DNA of 64,000 nucleotides from Escherichia coli (GTDB lineage Bacteria; Pseudomonadota; Gammaproteobacteria; Enterobacterales; Enterobacteriaceae): NCBI RefSeq assembly GCF_051903065.1, contig NZ_CP178438.1; one strand, 5' to 3'. Shown piece by piece: positions 40,538 to 60,666 of this stretch (position 1 is its first letter; each line of letters starts with the position of its first letter). The notes under the pieces were generated by a model. It saw only the letters and a program-made list of their open reading frames with translations, ran no database searches and was not told where the DNA came from. The position numbers and the translations under genes were made by a program.

Positions 40538-41389
40538 ATGACTGTTCAAACAAGTAAAAATCCGCAGGTCGATATTGCTGAAGATAATGCATTCTTCCCT
40601 TCAGAATATTCGCTTAGCCAATATACCAGTCCTGTCTCTGATCTTGATGGCGTGGACTATCCAAAACCTTATCGCGGTAAACATAAAATTCTGGTGATCG
40701 CCGCGGACGAACGTTATTTGCCGACCGATAACGGAAAACTGTTCTCGACCGGTAACCATCCGATTGAAACGTTGCTGCCGTTGTATCATCTCCATGCTGC
40801 AGGTTTCGAATTCGAAGTGGCGACCATTTCCGGTCTGATGACCAAGTTTGAATACTGGGCTATGCCGCACAAAGATGAAAAAGTAATGCCATTCTTTGAG
40901 CAGCATAAATCGTTGTTCCGCAATCCGAAGAAACTCGCGGATGTTGTCGCCAGCCTCAACGCTGATAGCGAATATGCAGCAATCTTTGTTCCTGGTGGTC
41001 ATGGCGCACTTATTGGTTTACCTGAAAGCCAGGACGTAGCTGCCGCTTTACAGTGGGCAATCAAAAATGACCGTTTTGTTATCTCCCTTTGCCACGGCCC
41101 GGCGGCTTTTCTGGCGCTTCGCCACGGCGATAACCCACTGAATGGTTATTCCATTTGCGCATTCCCAGACGCCGCAGACAAACAAACGCCAGAGATTGGC
41201 TATATGCCGGGTCATCTCACCTGGTACTTCGGCGAAGAGCTGAAGAAAATGGGCATGAACATTATTAATGACGACATCACCGGGCGAGTACATAAGGACC
41301 GTAAAGTTCTCACCGGCGACAGTCCTTTCGCAGCGAATGCGTTGGGTAAACTGGCGGCGCAGGAAATGCTGGCAGCTTACGCGGGTTAA
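40538..41389 (+). CDS. hchA: Hsp31 chaperone / glyoxalase III (DJ-1/PfpI family)
   Basis: 283-aa ORF MTVQTSKNPQVDIAEDNAFFPSEYSLSQYTSPVSDLDGVDYP.... Confidence 0.9.
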   Translation: MTVQTSKNPQVDIAEDNAFFPSEYSLSQYTSPVSDLDGVDYPKPYRGKHKILVIAADERYLPTDNGKLFSTGNHPIETLLPLYHLHAAGFEFEVATISGLMTKFEYWAMPHKDEKVMPFFEQHKSLFRNPKKLADVVASLNADSEYAAIFVPGGHGALIGLPESQDVAAALQWAIKNDRFVISLCHGPAAFLALRHGDNPLNGYSICAFPDAADKQTPEIGYMPGHLTWYFGEELKKMGMNIINDDITGRVHKDRKVLTGDSPFAANALGKLAAQEMLAAYAG

Positions 41390-41424
41390 TCCCTGTTACG
41401 TTTGAATGTAAGCGCATAATCAAT

Positions 41425-41463
41425 CGCAGCCGCGTTAGTATTCACGACGTGGCTGCGTTTTTT
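41425..41463 (+). terminator. Rho-independent terminator downstream of hchA
   Basis: Stem CGCAGCC...GGCTGCG followed by a T-run. Confidence 0.5.
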
Positions 41464-41496
41464 CACGGTTAATTTATGGCGTACTGAAGCCCTATG

Positions 41497-42855
41497 TTAA
41501 TTTCTTTGCGGCAACGTAATCCGGAACACATTATGCTTATTGAGATAGTGATACGTAGCACTTCCCCCATGTAATTCGGCAATCGCTTTGACTAAAGAAA
41601 GGCCTAGTCCCTGACCTACGGAATGACGCGAATTATCTCCCCGCCAAAATCTACGGAAGAGTTTTTCAGGCTCATTAATTTTCGTTCCAGGGCTGGCGAT
41701 ATCAATATTAAGATAGCTGTTGGTATCAAGAAAACTGGTTATATGAATACGCGATTTTTCTGGCGAATATCGAATAGCGTTAACAATAAGATTCGATAAC
41801 ATTCGTTGCAGTAAAATTTTATCCGCAAAGATTTGCTGATTGCACTCGACCTTAAAGCAAATCTCTTTCTCGTCTGAAAGATATTCAAGATAGTCCAACA
41901 AATTTTCGACTTCCTTATTGAGAGAAAGCGAGTCCAGTTTCACCAAAACATTGTTTTTATCTGCCCTGGCAAGAAACAGTATGTTCTCTGTTAACCGCGA
42001 AATATTTTCCAGTTCTTCAATGTTACCGGCAATTGTTTTTTGATATTCAGCGATACTTCTGGTTTGACTGAGCGTAACCTGATTCTGACCCAGTAATGCA
42101 TTAATTGGCGTTCTAAGTTCATGAGCGAGATCGTCAGCAAACTGACTTAGACGCTCAAAATCTTTGACTAAAGCATGATGCATTTTATTCAACGCCTGCC
42201 CAAGAGGTTTTAGTTCTCTCGGTAATGCGCTAACCTCAACAGGCTCCCGGCTATCGTTATAATTCAGCGCTTCCGTTACACCACTCAACTTTTTGATCTC
42301 TCGTAACCCCGTTCGGATTAACAGCGGACTTAATACTGAGCACAGTATAATGGCGACAATGCAAATTATAATGCTATTGATTTTATACTGTTCAAGCATG
42401 TTATGTCTGGCTGAAGCCAATTTAGCCACAGTAACCGTTAATGATGGCGAAACTTCATCAATATTAATTCGTAAAGCATCTATCTCTGTATCATTAATAA
42501 TGCTTCTGTAAATGCCAGCTGCGCTGATTGTCTCACTAGCAGGTATGTTATTTAACATGCCATCACTGACATTTGTCCGGTTAACAATTTTATTGATGCT
42601 ATCACCATGAATGATCAAGATATCCTGACTAACATCCATCATCCGGTTAAAGTACACAGGTAACGTATCTGGATTTACCCCATCAATTAACAACTGCTTG
42701 ATCTGTGCTGTCCGGTTAATGAGTGTTGTATCATCGCGCCATTTCAACTCACTTGCCAGGCCATTATAGAGAGTCCAGACAATTCCGGCGCCAGCAACAG
42801 ACAGCAGCAATATAAAAAGCAAGGTTAAACGGACGGTTATAGATAATCTTTTCAT
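41497..42855 (-). CDS. hprS: Two-component sensor histidine kinase (peroxide/copper-responsive HprS)
   Basis: 452-aa ORF with two transmembrane segments, HAMP, H-box (HELRTP) and ATPase domain; start overlaps the hprR stop. Confidence 0.85.
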   Translation of the reverse strand: MKRLSITVRLTLLFILLLSVAGAGIVWTLYNGLASELKWRDDTTLINRTAQIKQLLIDGVNPDTLPVYFNRMMDVSQDILIIHGDSINKIVNRTNVSDGMLNNIPASETISAAGIYRSIINDTEIDALRINIDEVSPSLTVTVAKLASARHNMLEQYKINSIIICIVAIILCSVLSPLLIRTGLREIKKLSGVTEALNYNDSREPVEVSALPRELKPLGQALNKMHHALVKDFERLSQFADDLAHELRTPINALLGQNQVTLSQTRSIAEYQKTIAGNIEELENISRLTENILFLARADKNNVLVKLDSLSLNKEVENLLDYLEYLSDEKEICFKVECNQQIFADKILLQRMLSNLIVNAIRYSPEKSRIHITSFLDTNSYLNIDIASPGTKINEPEKLFRRFWRGDNSRHSVGQGLGLSLVKAIAELHGGSATYHYLNKHNVFRITLPQRN

Positions 42856-43526
42856 TATTTTTTTACCGCTACGAATGAATAGCCCATCCCCCGGATTGTA
42901 GCGATTAGCTTCTCAGGAAAAGGATCATCAACTTTTGCGCGGAGCCTGCGAATGGCAACATCCACCGTATTGGTATCACTATCAAAGTTGATTCCCCAAA
43001 TTTCACTCGCAATAACCGTTCTGGGTATAATTTCGCCAGCTCTGGAGGCCAGTAGCCAAAGTAACTGAAACTCCTTGCGCGTCAGTGTAATACTGATATT
43101 GTCCCTGCTCACACTTTGACTAACAGAGTCCATTCTTAAGCCGCTGATTTCTAATGTTGAATTCAAAGCGTGATGTTGCCTTAATTGTGCCCGAACCCTT
43201 GCCAGCAACTCAGAAAATGAAAAAGGTTTTACCAGATAATCATTTGCTCCACTGTCCAGCCCTCTGACTCTGTCATCGACAGAATCCCTTGCAGTAAGGC
43301 AAATAACAGGGGTTTGCTTTGCCGTTCTTAACGTTTGTAAGATCTGCCAGCCATCCATACCCGGAAGCATAATATCCAGAATGATCAATGCATAATCATC
43401 CTTCAGCGCAAGATAAAGCCCATCTCTGCCATCAGAAACGGCATCAATGACATAACCCGCTTCGGAAAGCCCCTGCGTTACCCACTCCTGGGTCCTTTGA
43501 TTATCTTCAATAAGTAAAATCTTCAT
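42855..43526 (-). CDS. hprR: Two-component response regulator, OmpR family (HprR)
   Basis: ORF trimmed to MKILLIEDN (223 aa) with receiver and winged-helix domains. Confidence 0.85.
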   Translation of the reverse strand: MKILLIEDNQRTQEWVTQGLSEAGYVIDAVSDGRDGLYLALKDDYALIILDIMLPGMDGWQILQTLRTAKQTPVICLTARDSVDDRVRGLDSGANDYLVKPFSFSELLARVRAQLRQHHALNSTLEISGLRMDSVSQSVSRDNISITLTRKEFQLLWLLASRAGEIIPRTVIASEIWGINFDSDTNTVDVAIRRLRAKVDDPFPEKLIATIRGMGYSFVAVKK

Positions 43527-43658
43527 GAAAATAATATGCCATAAATCATATGTTATAGAAACAGCCTGGTTCATTACAAAATTGTAATGCTGCTGTAAGG
43601 TTACCCTGGACGCTTTTTCGCTATCCTCAAAACTCATTCACATGACAAGGATATAAAC

Positions 43659-44072
43659 ATGTTAAAGCGTTATTTAGTACTCTCGGTAGCAACGGCAGCA
43701 TTTTTATTACCTTCTTTGGTTAATGCCGCACAACAAAACATTCTTAGCGTGCACATTTTGAACCAGCAAACAGGAAAACCCGCTGCTGACGTGACAGTCA
43801 CTCTTGAAAAGAAGGCGGATAACGGCTGGTTACAACTTAATACCGCCAAAACAGATAAGGATGGACGAATTAAGGCACTGTGGCCCGAGCAAACTGCAAC
43901 TACGGGCGATTACCGTGTCGTATTTAAAACCGGGGACTATTTCAAGAAACAAAATCTTGAAAGTTTCTTCCCTGAGATCCCCGTTGAATTTCATATTAAT
44001 AAAGTGAACGAGCATTATCATGTGCCTTTATTACTTAGCCAATATGGGTATTCAACCTATCGTGGCAGTTAA
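43659..44072 (+). CDS. hiuH: 5-hydroxyisourate hydrolase (transthyretin-like periplasmic protein)
   Basis: 137-aa ORF with signal peptide and the C-terminal YRGS motif typical of HIU hydrolases. Confidence 0.85.
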   Translation: MLKRYLVLSVATAAFLLPSLVNAAQQNILSVHILNQQTGKPAADVTVTLEKKADNGWLQLNTAKTDKDGRIKALWPEQTATTGDYRVVFKTGDYFKKQNLESFFPEIPVEFHINKVNEHYHVPLLLSQYGYSTYRGS

Positions 44073-44174
44073 TGCATAAATATGTAAAAGCAGATCTCTG
44101 CTACTGTTAGGGAGGACACTCCCTGACAGATTAACAGTAAACGGCTCTTGCTGGCTAACGACAAAAAAGTGTGA

Positions 44175-45185
<1,011 letters not shown>

Positions 45186-45821
45186 ATGCGTCTGACAGCA
45201 AAACAGGTGACATGGCTGAAAGTTTGCCTGCATCTTGCCGGATTGTTGCCGTTTCTCTGGCTGGTCTGGGCGATCAATCACGGTGGACTGGGTGCCGATC
45301 CGGTGAAAGATATTCAGCATTTTACCGGTCGCACTGCACTGAAATTTTTGCTGGCGACCTTGTTAATCACACCTCTGGCACGCTACGCAAAACAGCCGTT
45401 ATTGATACGCACACGCCGCCTGTTAGGCTTATGGTGCTTTGCCTGGGCGACACTGCATTTAACCAGTTACGCATTGCTGGAGCTGGGCGTGAATAATCTG
45501 GCGTTATTAGGCAAGGAGTTAATTACCCGGCCTTATTTAACGTTAGGAATTATCAGCTGGGTTATTTTGCTTGCTTTAGCGTTTACTTCAACCCAGGCGA
45601 TGCAGCGAAAACTCGGCAAGCACTGGCAACAGTTGCATAATTTCGTCTATCTTGTCGCGATCCTGACCCCAATACATTATCTGTGGTCAGTGAAGATTAT
45701 TTCACCGCAGCCGCTCATCTACGCTGGGCTGGCTGTACTGCTTTTAGCCTTACGGTATAAGAAGTTGCGTTCCCTTTTTAACCGGTTACGCAAGCAGGTT
45801 CACAACAAATTATCTGTATAA
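45186..45821 (+). CDS. msrQ: Methionine sulfoxide reductase haem-binding membrane subunit
   Basis: 211-aa membrane ORF immediately after msrP. Confidence 0.85.
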   Translation: MRLTAKQVTWLKVCLHLAGLLPFLWLVWAINHGGLGADPVKDIQHFTGRTALKFLLATLLITPLARYAKQPLLIRTRRLLGLWCFAWATLHLTSYALLELGVNNLALLGKELITRPYLTLGIISWVILLALAFTSTQAMQRKLGKHWQQLHNFVYLVAILTPIHYLWSVKIISPQPLIYAGLAVLLLALRYKKLRSLFNRLRKQVHNKLSV

Positions 45822-45849
45822 CTTCATATTGCCGACAAAGTACGCGTTA

Positions 45850-45890
45850 TCCCTGCCGGATGTGGCGCGAGCGCCCTATCCGGCCTACGC
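45850..45890. repeat. REP element downstream of msrQ
   Basis: CCCTGCCGGATGTGGCGCGAGCGCCCTATCCGGCCTACG matches the REP consensus. Confidence 0.4.
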
Positions 45891-46077
45891 AGATCACATC
45901 AGGTTATGTTTCGTTTGTCATCAACCTCAAATTATCAACATAATTCATTTTATTTCAATAAGATAGATAAGTACACCTGAGAAAACTATGCTCTCATCTC
46001 CTAAGAGTTGTTGCATTTTGTCATATGTTACAATATAACATTACACATCATATACAATGACTCTGGAGGAAACTGTT

Positions 46078-46728
46078 TTGGCGATTCGTCTTCACAAACT
46101 GGCTGTTGCTTTAGGTGTCTTTATTGTTAGCGCTCCTGCCTTTTCGCATGGTCATCACTCACACGGCAAACCCTTAACAGAGGTCGAACAAAAAGCTGCT
46201 AATGGTGTTTTTGATGATGCCAATGTACAAAACCGAACGCTCAGTGACTGGGATGGAGTCTGGCAATCCGTTTATCCTTTACTGCAAAGTGGCAAACTTG
46301 ACCCCGTCTTTCAGAAGAAAGCGGATGCAGATAAAACTAAAACATTTGCTGAAATTAAAGATTATTATCACAAAGGTTATGCAACAGATATCGAGATGAT
46401 TGGCATTGAGGACGGCATTGTTGAATTCCATAGAAATAATGAAACAACATCCTGTAAATATGATTACGATGGATACAAAATACTCACCTATAAATCAGGC
46501 AAGAAAGGCGTTCGTTACTTATTCGAATGTAAAGATCCTGAAAGCAAAGCCCCTAAATATATACAATTTAGCGATCATATAATTGCACCACGAAAATCAT
46601 CTCATTTTCACATTTTTATGGGTAATGATTCACAGCAATCTTTATTAAATGAAATGGAAAACTGGCCAACGTATTATCCATATCAGTTGAGTAGCGAAGA
46701 AGTGGTCGAGGAAATGATGTCTCATTGA
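46078..46728 (+). CDS. zinT: Periplasmic zinc/cadmium-binding protein ZinT
   Basis: Signal peptide then His-rich HGHHSHG motif; start assumed at TTG 46078 (216 aa) with GGAGG RBS; the longer ORF from ATG 46057 is also possible. Confidence 0.8.
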   Translation: MAIRLHKLAVALGVFIVSAPAFSHGHHSHGKPLTEVEQKAANGVFDDANVQNRTLSDWDGVWQSVYPLLQSGKLDPVFQKKADADKTKTFAEIKDYYHKGYATDIEMIGIEDGIVEFHRNNETTSCKYDYDGYKILTYKSGKKGVRYLFECKDPESKAPKYIQFSDHIIAPRKSSHFHIFMGNDSQQSLLNEMENWPTYYPYQLSSEEVVEEMMSH

Positions 46729-47070
46729 GTATTCTCATGATAACGCCTCGATGCCGCTTTAGTAAGTCATCATAACTGCCACTGGTCCATCCACAAACGC
46801 CACTGAACGCAAGCTAGCTACAGACACGCTCATCACTATGACGTGTCTGTATATTAATAAGCTAACCCGCATTGAGTTAACCAATAACGGATTCCATACA
46901 CAATACGGCCAACAGAGAAAGATACCTGTGCTCACGCCATTGCTTATATTGGCTGGTTACAATGTGCACTATCAATTTTTTAAATAACAAATTCTTAAAA
47001 CCACATCTGTATAAGGAATTTTTAAGGTTCGTGGGATAGCTTGACTGTGAAAATCACAGGAGCTACAAAA

Positions 47071-47601
47071 ATGAACCGATTCTCAAAAACTCAAATTTAT
47101 TTACATTGGATAACGCTGCTTTTCGTTGCAATAACCTATGCCGCGATGGAACTCCGTGGCTGGTTTCCTAAAGGTAGTAGTACTTATCTGCTAATGCGAG
47201 AAACACATTACAATGCGGGTATATTCGTTTGGGTGTTAATGTTTTCACGCCTGATTATAAAACACCGTTATAGTGATCCTTCTATTGTGCCACCGCCACC
47301 TGCCTGGCAAATGAAAGCGGCTTCGCTAATGCACATCATGCTTTATATAACCTTCCTTGCACTTCCTCTGCTGGGGATTGCTTTGATGGCTTACAGTGGA
47401 AAATCGTGGAGTTTCCTTGGTTTCAATGTGTCTCCCTTTGTTACCCCAAACAGCGAAATTAAAGCACTGATAAAAAATATTCACGAAACCTGGGCAAATA
47501 TAGGCTACTTTTTAATCGCAGCTCACGCTGGCGCAGCACTCTTTCATCACTACATTCAGAAAGATAATACTCTGTTACGAATGATGCCTCGCCGCAAATA
47601 A
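47071..47601 (+). CDS. yodB: Cytochrome b561 family membrane protein
   Basis: ORF trimmed to MNRFSKTQIYLHW (176 aa); four transmembrane segments with conserved His. Confidence 0.75.
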   Translation: MNRFSKTQIYLHWITLLFVAITYAAMELRGWFPKGSSTYLLMRETHYNAGIFVWVLMFSRLIIKHRYSDPSIVPPPPAWQMKAASLMHIMLYITFLALPLLGIALMAYSGKSWSFLGFNVSPFVTPNSEIKALIKNIHETWANIGYFLIAAHAGAALFHHYIQKDNTLLRMMPRRK

Positions 47602-48170
47602 GTCGATCCCCTGACAAGGAAATGTGAACCATGGACATCAACGCGTCATAAATGTTTACGCAAGTGCACAATGCACCCTTTCCACTATCAACAAGGAGGA
47701 GCAGAAACTGTGTAAATCGTACAATGGTAAGACTTATCAAAAATACAGGTTAATTTTGGTATTTAAACCTTTTTTACTTGTTAGTATGATACAAAGGCTT
47801 TCAAAAAAGCTGGGAAATTCAACAACTCTTGGAAATTATGGACTTTGTCCCGCGGCTTTAATCTGACGGCCGCGTTCCTTTTTTGACTCAATTATTGACC
47901 CCTTCTCTACGCAACTTCAGTTCCCACCACCAACTTTGCGGCAGTTTCATAGGATGAATGTCTAAAAGAATAATGGTGAGCGATAAGAAAACGACTGAAT
48001 AACTGCACATTTTCGCTCGAAAGCTTCCTGTCAGATCCATAGCGAATCAAGTGCTGAATGTCACAGTATCGAATAGAAAACAGTGACGATCTAACCCTTC
48101 AAGAATATTCTACGATTGTTCTGTTTAGGAAAAGCAAGGCGGGAAGTCGGGAGATAAGTCATTGATAAAG

Positions 48171-48260
48171 TGGCGGAGAGAGGGGGATTTGAACCCCCGG
48201 TAGAGTTGCCCCTACTCCGGTTTTCGAGACCGGTCCGTTCAGCCGCTCCGGCATCTCTCC
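48171..48260 (-). tRNA. serU: tRNA-Ser (long variable arm)
   Basis: Minus-strand GGAGAGATGCCGGAGCGGCTGAACGGACCGGTCTCGAAAACCGGAGTAGGGGCAACTCTACCGGGGGTTCAAATCCCCCTCTCTCCGCCA; cloverleaf with extra arm, 3' CCA encoded. Confidence 0.85.
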
Positions 48261-48353
48261 GTTCAGATGGTTGCCATGATGCCAGGAAATTTGGCATTTT
48301 AACAGTCCCTGTCCGTGCAATTTTGTTCAAGTGACGAGTTTGCGAGCAAAACG

Positions 48354-49151
48354 ATGATTAAGTGGCCCTGGAAAGTACAAGAATCAGCACATCAAACTGC
48401 CCTTCCCTGGCAGGAAGCACTATCGATCCCCCTTTTAACATGTCTGACGGAACAGGAACAAAGCAAATTAGTCACTCTTGCCGAACGTTTTTTACAGCAA
48501 AAGCGGCTTGTTCCTTTACAGGGCTTTGAACTGGATTCATTAAGAAGCTGCCGGATAGCACTTCTATTTTGCCTACCCGTTTTGGAGTTAGGACTGGAAT
48601 GGCTGGATGGTTTTCATGAAGTCTTAATTTATCCTGCGCCATTTGTGGTCGATGATGAATGGGAAGACGATATCGGTCTGGTGCATAACCAACGTATTGT
48701 TCAGTCAGGTCAGAGCTGGCAGCAAGGGCCTATCGTTTTGAACTGGTTGGATATACAAGATTCTTTTGATGCTTCTGGTTTTAACCTGATTATTCATGAA
48801 GTCGCTCATAAGCTGGACACCCGTAACGGCGATCGCGCCAGCGGAGTTCCCTTTATTCCGTTGCGTGAGGTTGCTGGCTGGGAACACGATCTTCATGCTG
48901 CAATGAACAACATTCAGGAAGAAATCGAATTGGTTGGCGAGAATGCGGCGAGCATTGATGCTTATGCTGCCAGTGATCCTGCTGAATGTTTTGCCGTACT
49001 TTCTGAATATTTCTTTAGCGCCCCAGAACTTTTTGCTCCTCGTTTCCCTTCATTGTGGCAACGTTTCTGCCAATTTTATCAACAAGATCCTTTGCTGAGA
49101 CTGCATCACGCTAATGATACAGACTCGTTTTCGGCGACGAATGTTCATTAA
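48354..49151 (+). CDS. mtfA: Mlc titration factor / zinc-dependent peptidase MtfA
   Basis: ORF trimmed to [10 protein letters not shown] (265 aa); HEVAH zinc-binding motif present. Confidence 0.8.
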   Translation: MIKWPWKVQESAHQTALPWQEALSIPLLTCLTEQEQSKLVTLAERFLQQKRLVPLQGFELDSLRSCRIALLFCLPVLELGLEWLDGFHEVLIYPAPFVVDDEWEDDIGLVHNQRIVQSGQSWQQGPIVLNWLDIQDSFDASGFNLIIHEVAHKLDTRNGDRASGVPFIPLREVAGWEHDLHAAMNNIQEEIELVGENAASIDAYAASDPAECFAVLSEYFFSAPELFAPRFPSLWQRFCQFYQQDPLLRLHHANDTDSFSATNVH

Positions 49152-49251
49152 TTAACAACTTTGCAGATTAATTAACCAATTGAAATGACTTATGAAATTT
49201 AGTGTTGACAGACAAGGTACCGCTAAGTAATATGCGCCCCGTTCACACGAT

Positions 49252-49327
49252 TCCTCTGTAGTTCAGTCGGTAGAACGGCGGACTGTTAATCCGTATGTCA
49301 CTGGTTCGAGTCCAGTCAGAGGAGCCA
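49252..49327 (+). tRNA. asnT: tRNA-Asn (GUU)
   Basis: TCCTCTGTAGTTCAGTCGGTAGAACGGCGGACTGTTAATCCGTATGTCACTGGTTCGAGTCCAGTCAGAGGAGCCA; anticodon loop CTGTTAA. Confidence 0.9.
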
Positions 49328-49414
49328 AATTCTAAAAATTCGCTTCTTAGCGCAATGTCACTGACCTTAATTGAGCATTGTTTTTCAACGGATAGCGGGT
49401 TTTGACATCTTAAG

Positions 49415-49445
49415 CGCCCTCGACCTTTATGGTTGAGGGCGTTTT
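49415..49445 (+). terminator. Terminator hairpin downstream of asnT
   Basis: GCCCTCGACC / GGTTGAGGGC stem with one mismatch, followed by TTTT. Confidence 0.45.
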
Positions 49446-49637
49446 GCTATGGCGCCATCACCATTTTCCCCTCGATTATAAAACTTGAGTAATTCAGTAG
49501 TCTCCCCTCTTGCAACTCACACCCAAAACTGCCTAACGAAAAGTTATTAATTTTCAATCATATTGCTATCAGGATTTACATTTTTTCGCTGTGCTAGAAA
49601 GGGCGCATTTATGTTAGCTCGTTCAGGGAAGGTAAGC

Positions 49638-57620
<7,983 letters not shown>

Positions 57621-57641
57621 TTTTCCGTTATAATTTCATAA

Positions 57642-57671
57642 AGAGTGCTCCATTCGGGGCACTCTTTTTTA
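57642..57671 (+). terminator. Rho-independent terminator of yeeJ
   Basis: Stem AGAGTGC...GCACTCT followed by TTTTTT, about 20 nt after the stop. Confidence 0.6.
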
Positions 57672-57881
57672 CATTCCCTCTATAGAGCTTGCTCTTCTCT
57701 CACCGAAAATGAATAAATAAAAATGCGATACCGCCAGATTCGCGTTCGGTGTGACTATGATCGTATCCGGTGAGTACAGCTTTGATCCAAAGGCTGGTTT
57801 TCTGTGATGATTGACCAGCCTCAGAGTATTGATGACACCACCGTTCATAACAGATCGGCATTACTATGCATAAGTACTGTC

Positions 57882-58934
57882 TCATATTCTCGCCAAAACA
57901 CTTTTTAATGCCTTTGCGAATTCATCCAGACTTATATTGTCAATTTTTTGCCCAACGACGACTGACTCCGAAACATCGGCCATTGCGGGCCATCGCGTTT
58001 TGTAATCAGCATAAATTGCAACAACGGGGGTATTATAGGCACTTGCCATATGTAATATTGAGGTGTCAGGAGTTATTGCGATATAAGCATCTTTTATGAT
58101 TGCTGCTGAACGTTTAATCGAGGGTGATAAGGATAAACGGTAGACATTATTATAACAATCCACTAATACCCTGGCTTTATCTTCCCCTTTTGGTCCATGA
58201 ACGATCACTATTGGTATATCTGTTTCACTTTGAATTTTTTCTATTAGATTTTCTGCAATCGATAGTGAAAATGTACGATCCTGCGAGCTACCTTCTAAAT
58301 TAAGCGCAATGTAAGATCCTAACGATCGCATTTCCTCGCGCACCTCATCGAGTACATCCTCACTTAGTGGCAATTCATATATTGGCCTGACTGCCGGAAA
58401 ACCCGCCTCACGCATCATAAATGCCCATGTCATGGGTACGGGAGCCCGGAGATTCTGATCCATCCGGGACGCGTTCTTACACACAGGGGAATAGCACTTC
58501 ATGGTTAAACCAACAACCTGAAAATTCGTTTTTGCTTTCAACTGACTGATAAATAACATCGTTTTCAGGTTCTTTTTACGCATCGCCTCTATACAAAGAT
58601 CCGGAGTACCGTATTGCTGTGTTATGTTCTTCGCTAAATCTTTTATTTCTTTTAATGTTGCGTGATCCTGCATAGTCATTGTGACTAATGTTAATTTAGT
58701 CTGTTCAAGTTTGAGCGCATTAAAGACTTCTAAATTAATTGTCGACGTAACAATTAATAGATGCTTAATTTTATGCAATTCAAGCGCCCGAATAACAGGA
58801 AAGATGGCCATAGCATCGCCAATCTGATCGGGAATATGGATGACAACAAAGTCTGTTTTTTCAATATTGAAATTATAAGCTTTATAATCGTAGTAACTAA
58901 ATGCAATACGTCTCAACAATGATACTAAAAACAT
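57882..58934 (-). CDS. yeeL: Glycosyltransferase family 9 (heptosyltransferase-like), intact
   Basis: ORF 57882..58997; start placed at ATG 58934 with GGAGG-type RBS; AT-rich; convergent to yeeJ. Confidence 0.65.
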   Translation of the reverse strand: MFLVSLLRRIAFSYYDYKAYNFNIEKTDFVVIHIPDQIGDAMAIFPVIRALELHKIKHLLIVTSTINLEVFNALKLEQTKLTLVTMTMQDHATLKEIKDLAKNITQQYGTPDLCIEAMRKKNLKTMLFISQLKAKTNFQVVGLTMKCYSPVCKNASRMDQNLRAPVPMTWAFMMREAGFPAVRPIYELPLSEDVLDEVREEMRSLGSYIALNLEGSSQDRTFSLSIAENLIEKIQSETDIPIVIVHGPKGEDKARVLVDCYNNVYRLSLSPSIKRSAAIIKDAYIAITPDTSILHMASAYNTPVVAIYADYKTRWPAMADVSESVVVGQKIDNISLDEFAKALKSVLARI

Positions 58935-59248
58935 AACTAACCTCGCCTCCCTACTGGTTATAATGCAATGCAGTCTATCAGAATCATCAGGGTGCAATTT
59001 TGTGCATATGCGGACTTTTATGTTTCATATCTCGAACCTGTGGGGCCTCTGCTTAATCCTTAAACAACACCAGCAACTCCTGCGCTTTCATCTTCCAGCG
59101 AATTTTTCATGTTGCTGCTCATCAGCCATAAAATCATTTGCAGATGCGCTCTGTCGAGGTAGTCTCATAAGGTTCGTTTATAGATCGACGGCAATGTGAG
59201 TTACCTTTTCCATACTAATTATAAAAAGACAGTACAAACAGGATCATT

Positions 59249-60565
59249 ATGGACTCCACGCTCATCTCCACTCGTCCCGATGAAAGGACGGTTTCGTTAA
59301 GTCGCGCCCGACGAGCTGCGTTAGGCAGTTTCGCTGGTGCCGTCGTCGACTGGTATGATTTTTTACTCTATGGCATCACCGCCGCACTGGTGTTTAATCG
59401 CGAGTTTTTCCCGCAAGTAAGCCCGGCGATGGGAACGCTCGCCGCATTTGCTACCTTTGGCGTCGGATTCCTTTTCCGTCCGCTCGGCGGTGTCATTTTC
59501 GGTCACTTTGGCGACCGACTGGGACGTAAGCACATGTTAATGCTGACCGTCTGGATGATGGGTATCGCGACAGCCTTGATTGGTATTCTTCCTTCATTCT
59601 CGACCATTGGGTGGTGGGCACCTATTTTACTGGTGACGCTGCGTGCCATTCAGGGATTTGCCGTCGGCGGCGAATGGGGAGGCGCGGCGTTGCTTTCCGT
59701 TGAAAGTGCACCGAAAAATAAAAAAGCCTTTTACAGTAGCGGTGTACAAGTTGGCTACGGTGTAGGTTTACTGCTTTCAACCGGACTGGTTTCATTGATC
59801 AGTATGATGACGACTGACGAACAGTTTTTAAGCTGGGGCTGGCGTATTCCTTTCCTGTTTAGCATCGTACTGGTACTGGGAGCATTGTGGGTGCGCAATG
59901 GCATGGAGGAGTCCGCGGAATTCGAACAACAGCAACATAATCAAGCGGCCGCGAAAAAACGCATCCCGGTTATCGAAGCTCTGTTACGACATCCCGGTGC
60001 TTTCCTGAAGATTATTGCGCTACGACTGTGCGAATTGCTGACGATGTACATCGTTACTGCCTTTGCACTTAATTATTCAACCCAGAATATGGGGCTACCG
60101 CGCGAACTTTTCCTTAATATTGGTTTGCTGGTAGGTGGATTAAGCTGCCTGACAATTCCCTGTTTTGCCTGGCTTGCCGATCGTTTTGGTCGCCGCAGGG
60201 TTTATATCACAGGCGCGTTGATCGGAACGTTGAGCGCATTTCCTTTCTTTATGGCGCTTGAAGCACAATCTATTTTCTGGATAGTTTTCTTCTCCATAAT
60301 GCTGGCAAACATTGCGCATGACATGGTGGTGTGTGTGCAACAACCGATGTTTACCGAAATGTTTGGTGCCAGTTATCGCTATAGTGGCGCTGGAGTCGGT
60401 TATCAGGTTGCCAGTGTGGTTGGCGGAGGATTTACACCTTTTATTGCCGCTGCACTCATCACTTACTTTGCCGGGAACTGGCATAGCGTCGCCATTTATT
60501 TGCTGGCTGGATGTCTGATTTCTGCAATAACCGCTTTGTTGATGAAAGACAATCAACGCGCTTGA
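59249..60565 (+). CDS. shiA: Shikimate:H+ symporter (MFS)
   Basis: 438-aa 12-transmembrane MFS ORF with GxLaDRxGRK-type motif. Confidence 0.85.
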   Translation: MDSTLISTRPDERTVSLSRARRAALGSFAGAVVDWYDFLLYGITAALVFNREFFPQVSPAMGTLAAFATFGVGFLFRPLGGVIFGHFGDRLGRKHMLMLTVWMMGIATALIGILPSFSTIGWWAPILLVTLRAIQGFAVGGEWGGAALLSVESAPKNKKAFYSSGVQVGYGVGLLLSTGLVSLISMMTTDEQFLSWGWRIPFLFSIVLVLGALWVRNGMEESAEFEQQQHNQAAAKKRIPVIEALLRHPGAFLKIIALRLCELLTMYIVTAFALNYSTQNMGLPRELFLNIGLLVGGLSCLTIPCFAWLADRFGRRRVYITGALIGTLSAFPFFMALEAQSIFWIVFFSIMLANIAHDMVVCVQQPMFTEMFGASYRYSGAGVGYQVASVVGGGFTPFIAAALITYFAGNWHSVAIYLLAGCLISAITALLMKDNQRA

Positions 60566-60666
60566 TAGCCTGGCGAAGATCATCCGATCTTCGCCTTACA
60601 CTTTTGTTTCACATTTCTGTGACATACTATCGGATGTGCGGTAATTGTATGGAACAGGAGACACAC

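Noticed and set aside
49328-49637. Possible genomic-island integration at asnT (for example the high-pathogenicity island)
   Set aside because: No integrase or island genes follow the tRNA; yeeJ begins about 310 bp downstream, so the site is unoccupied.
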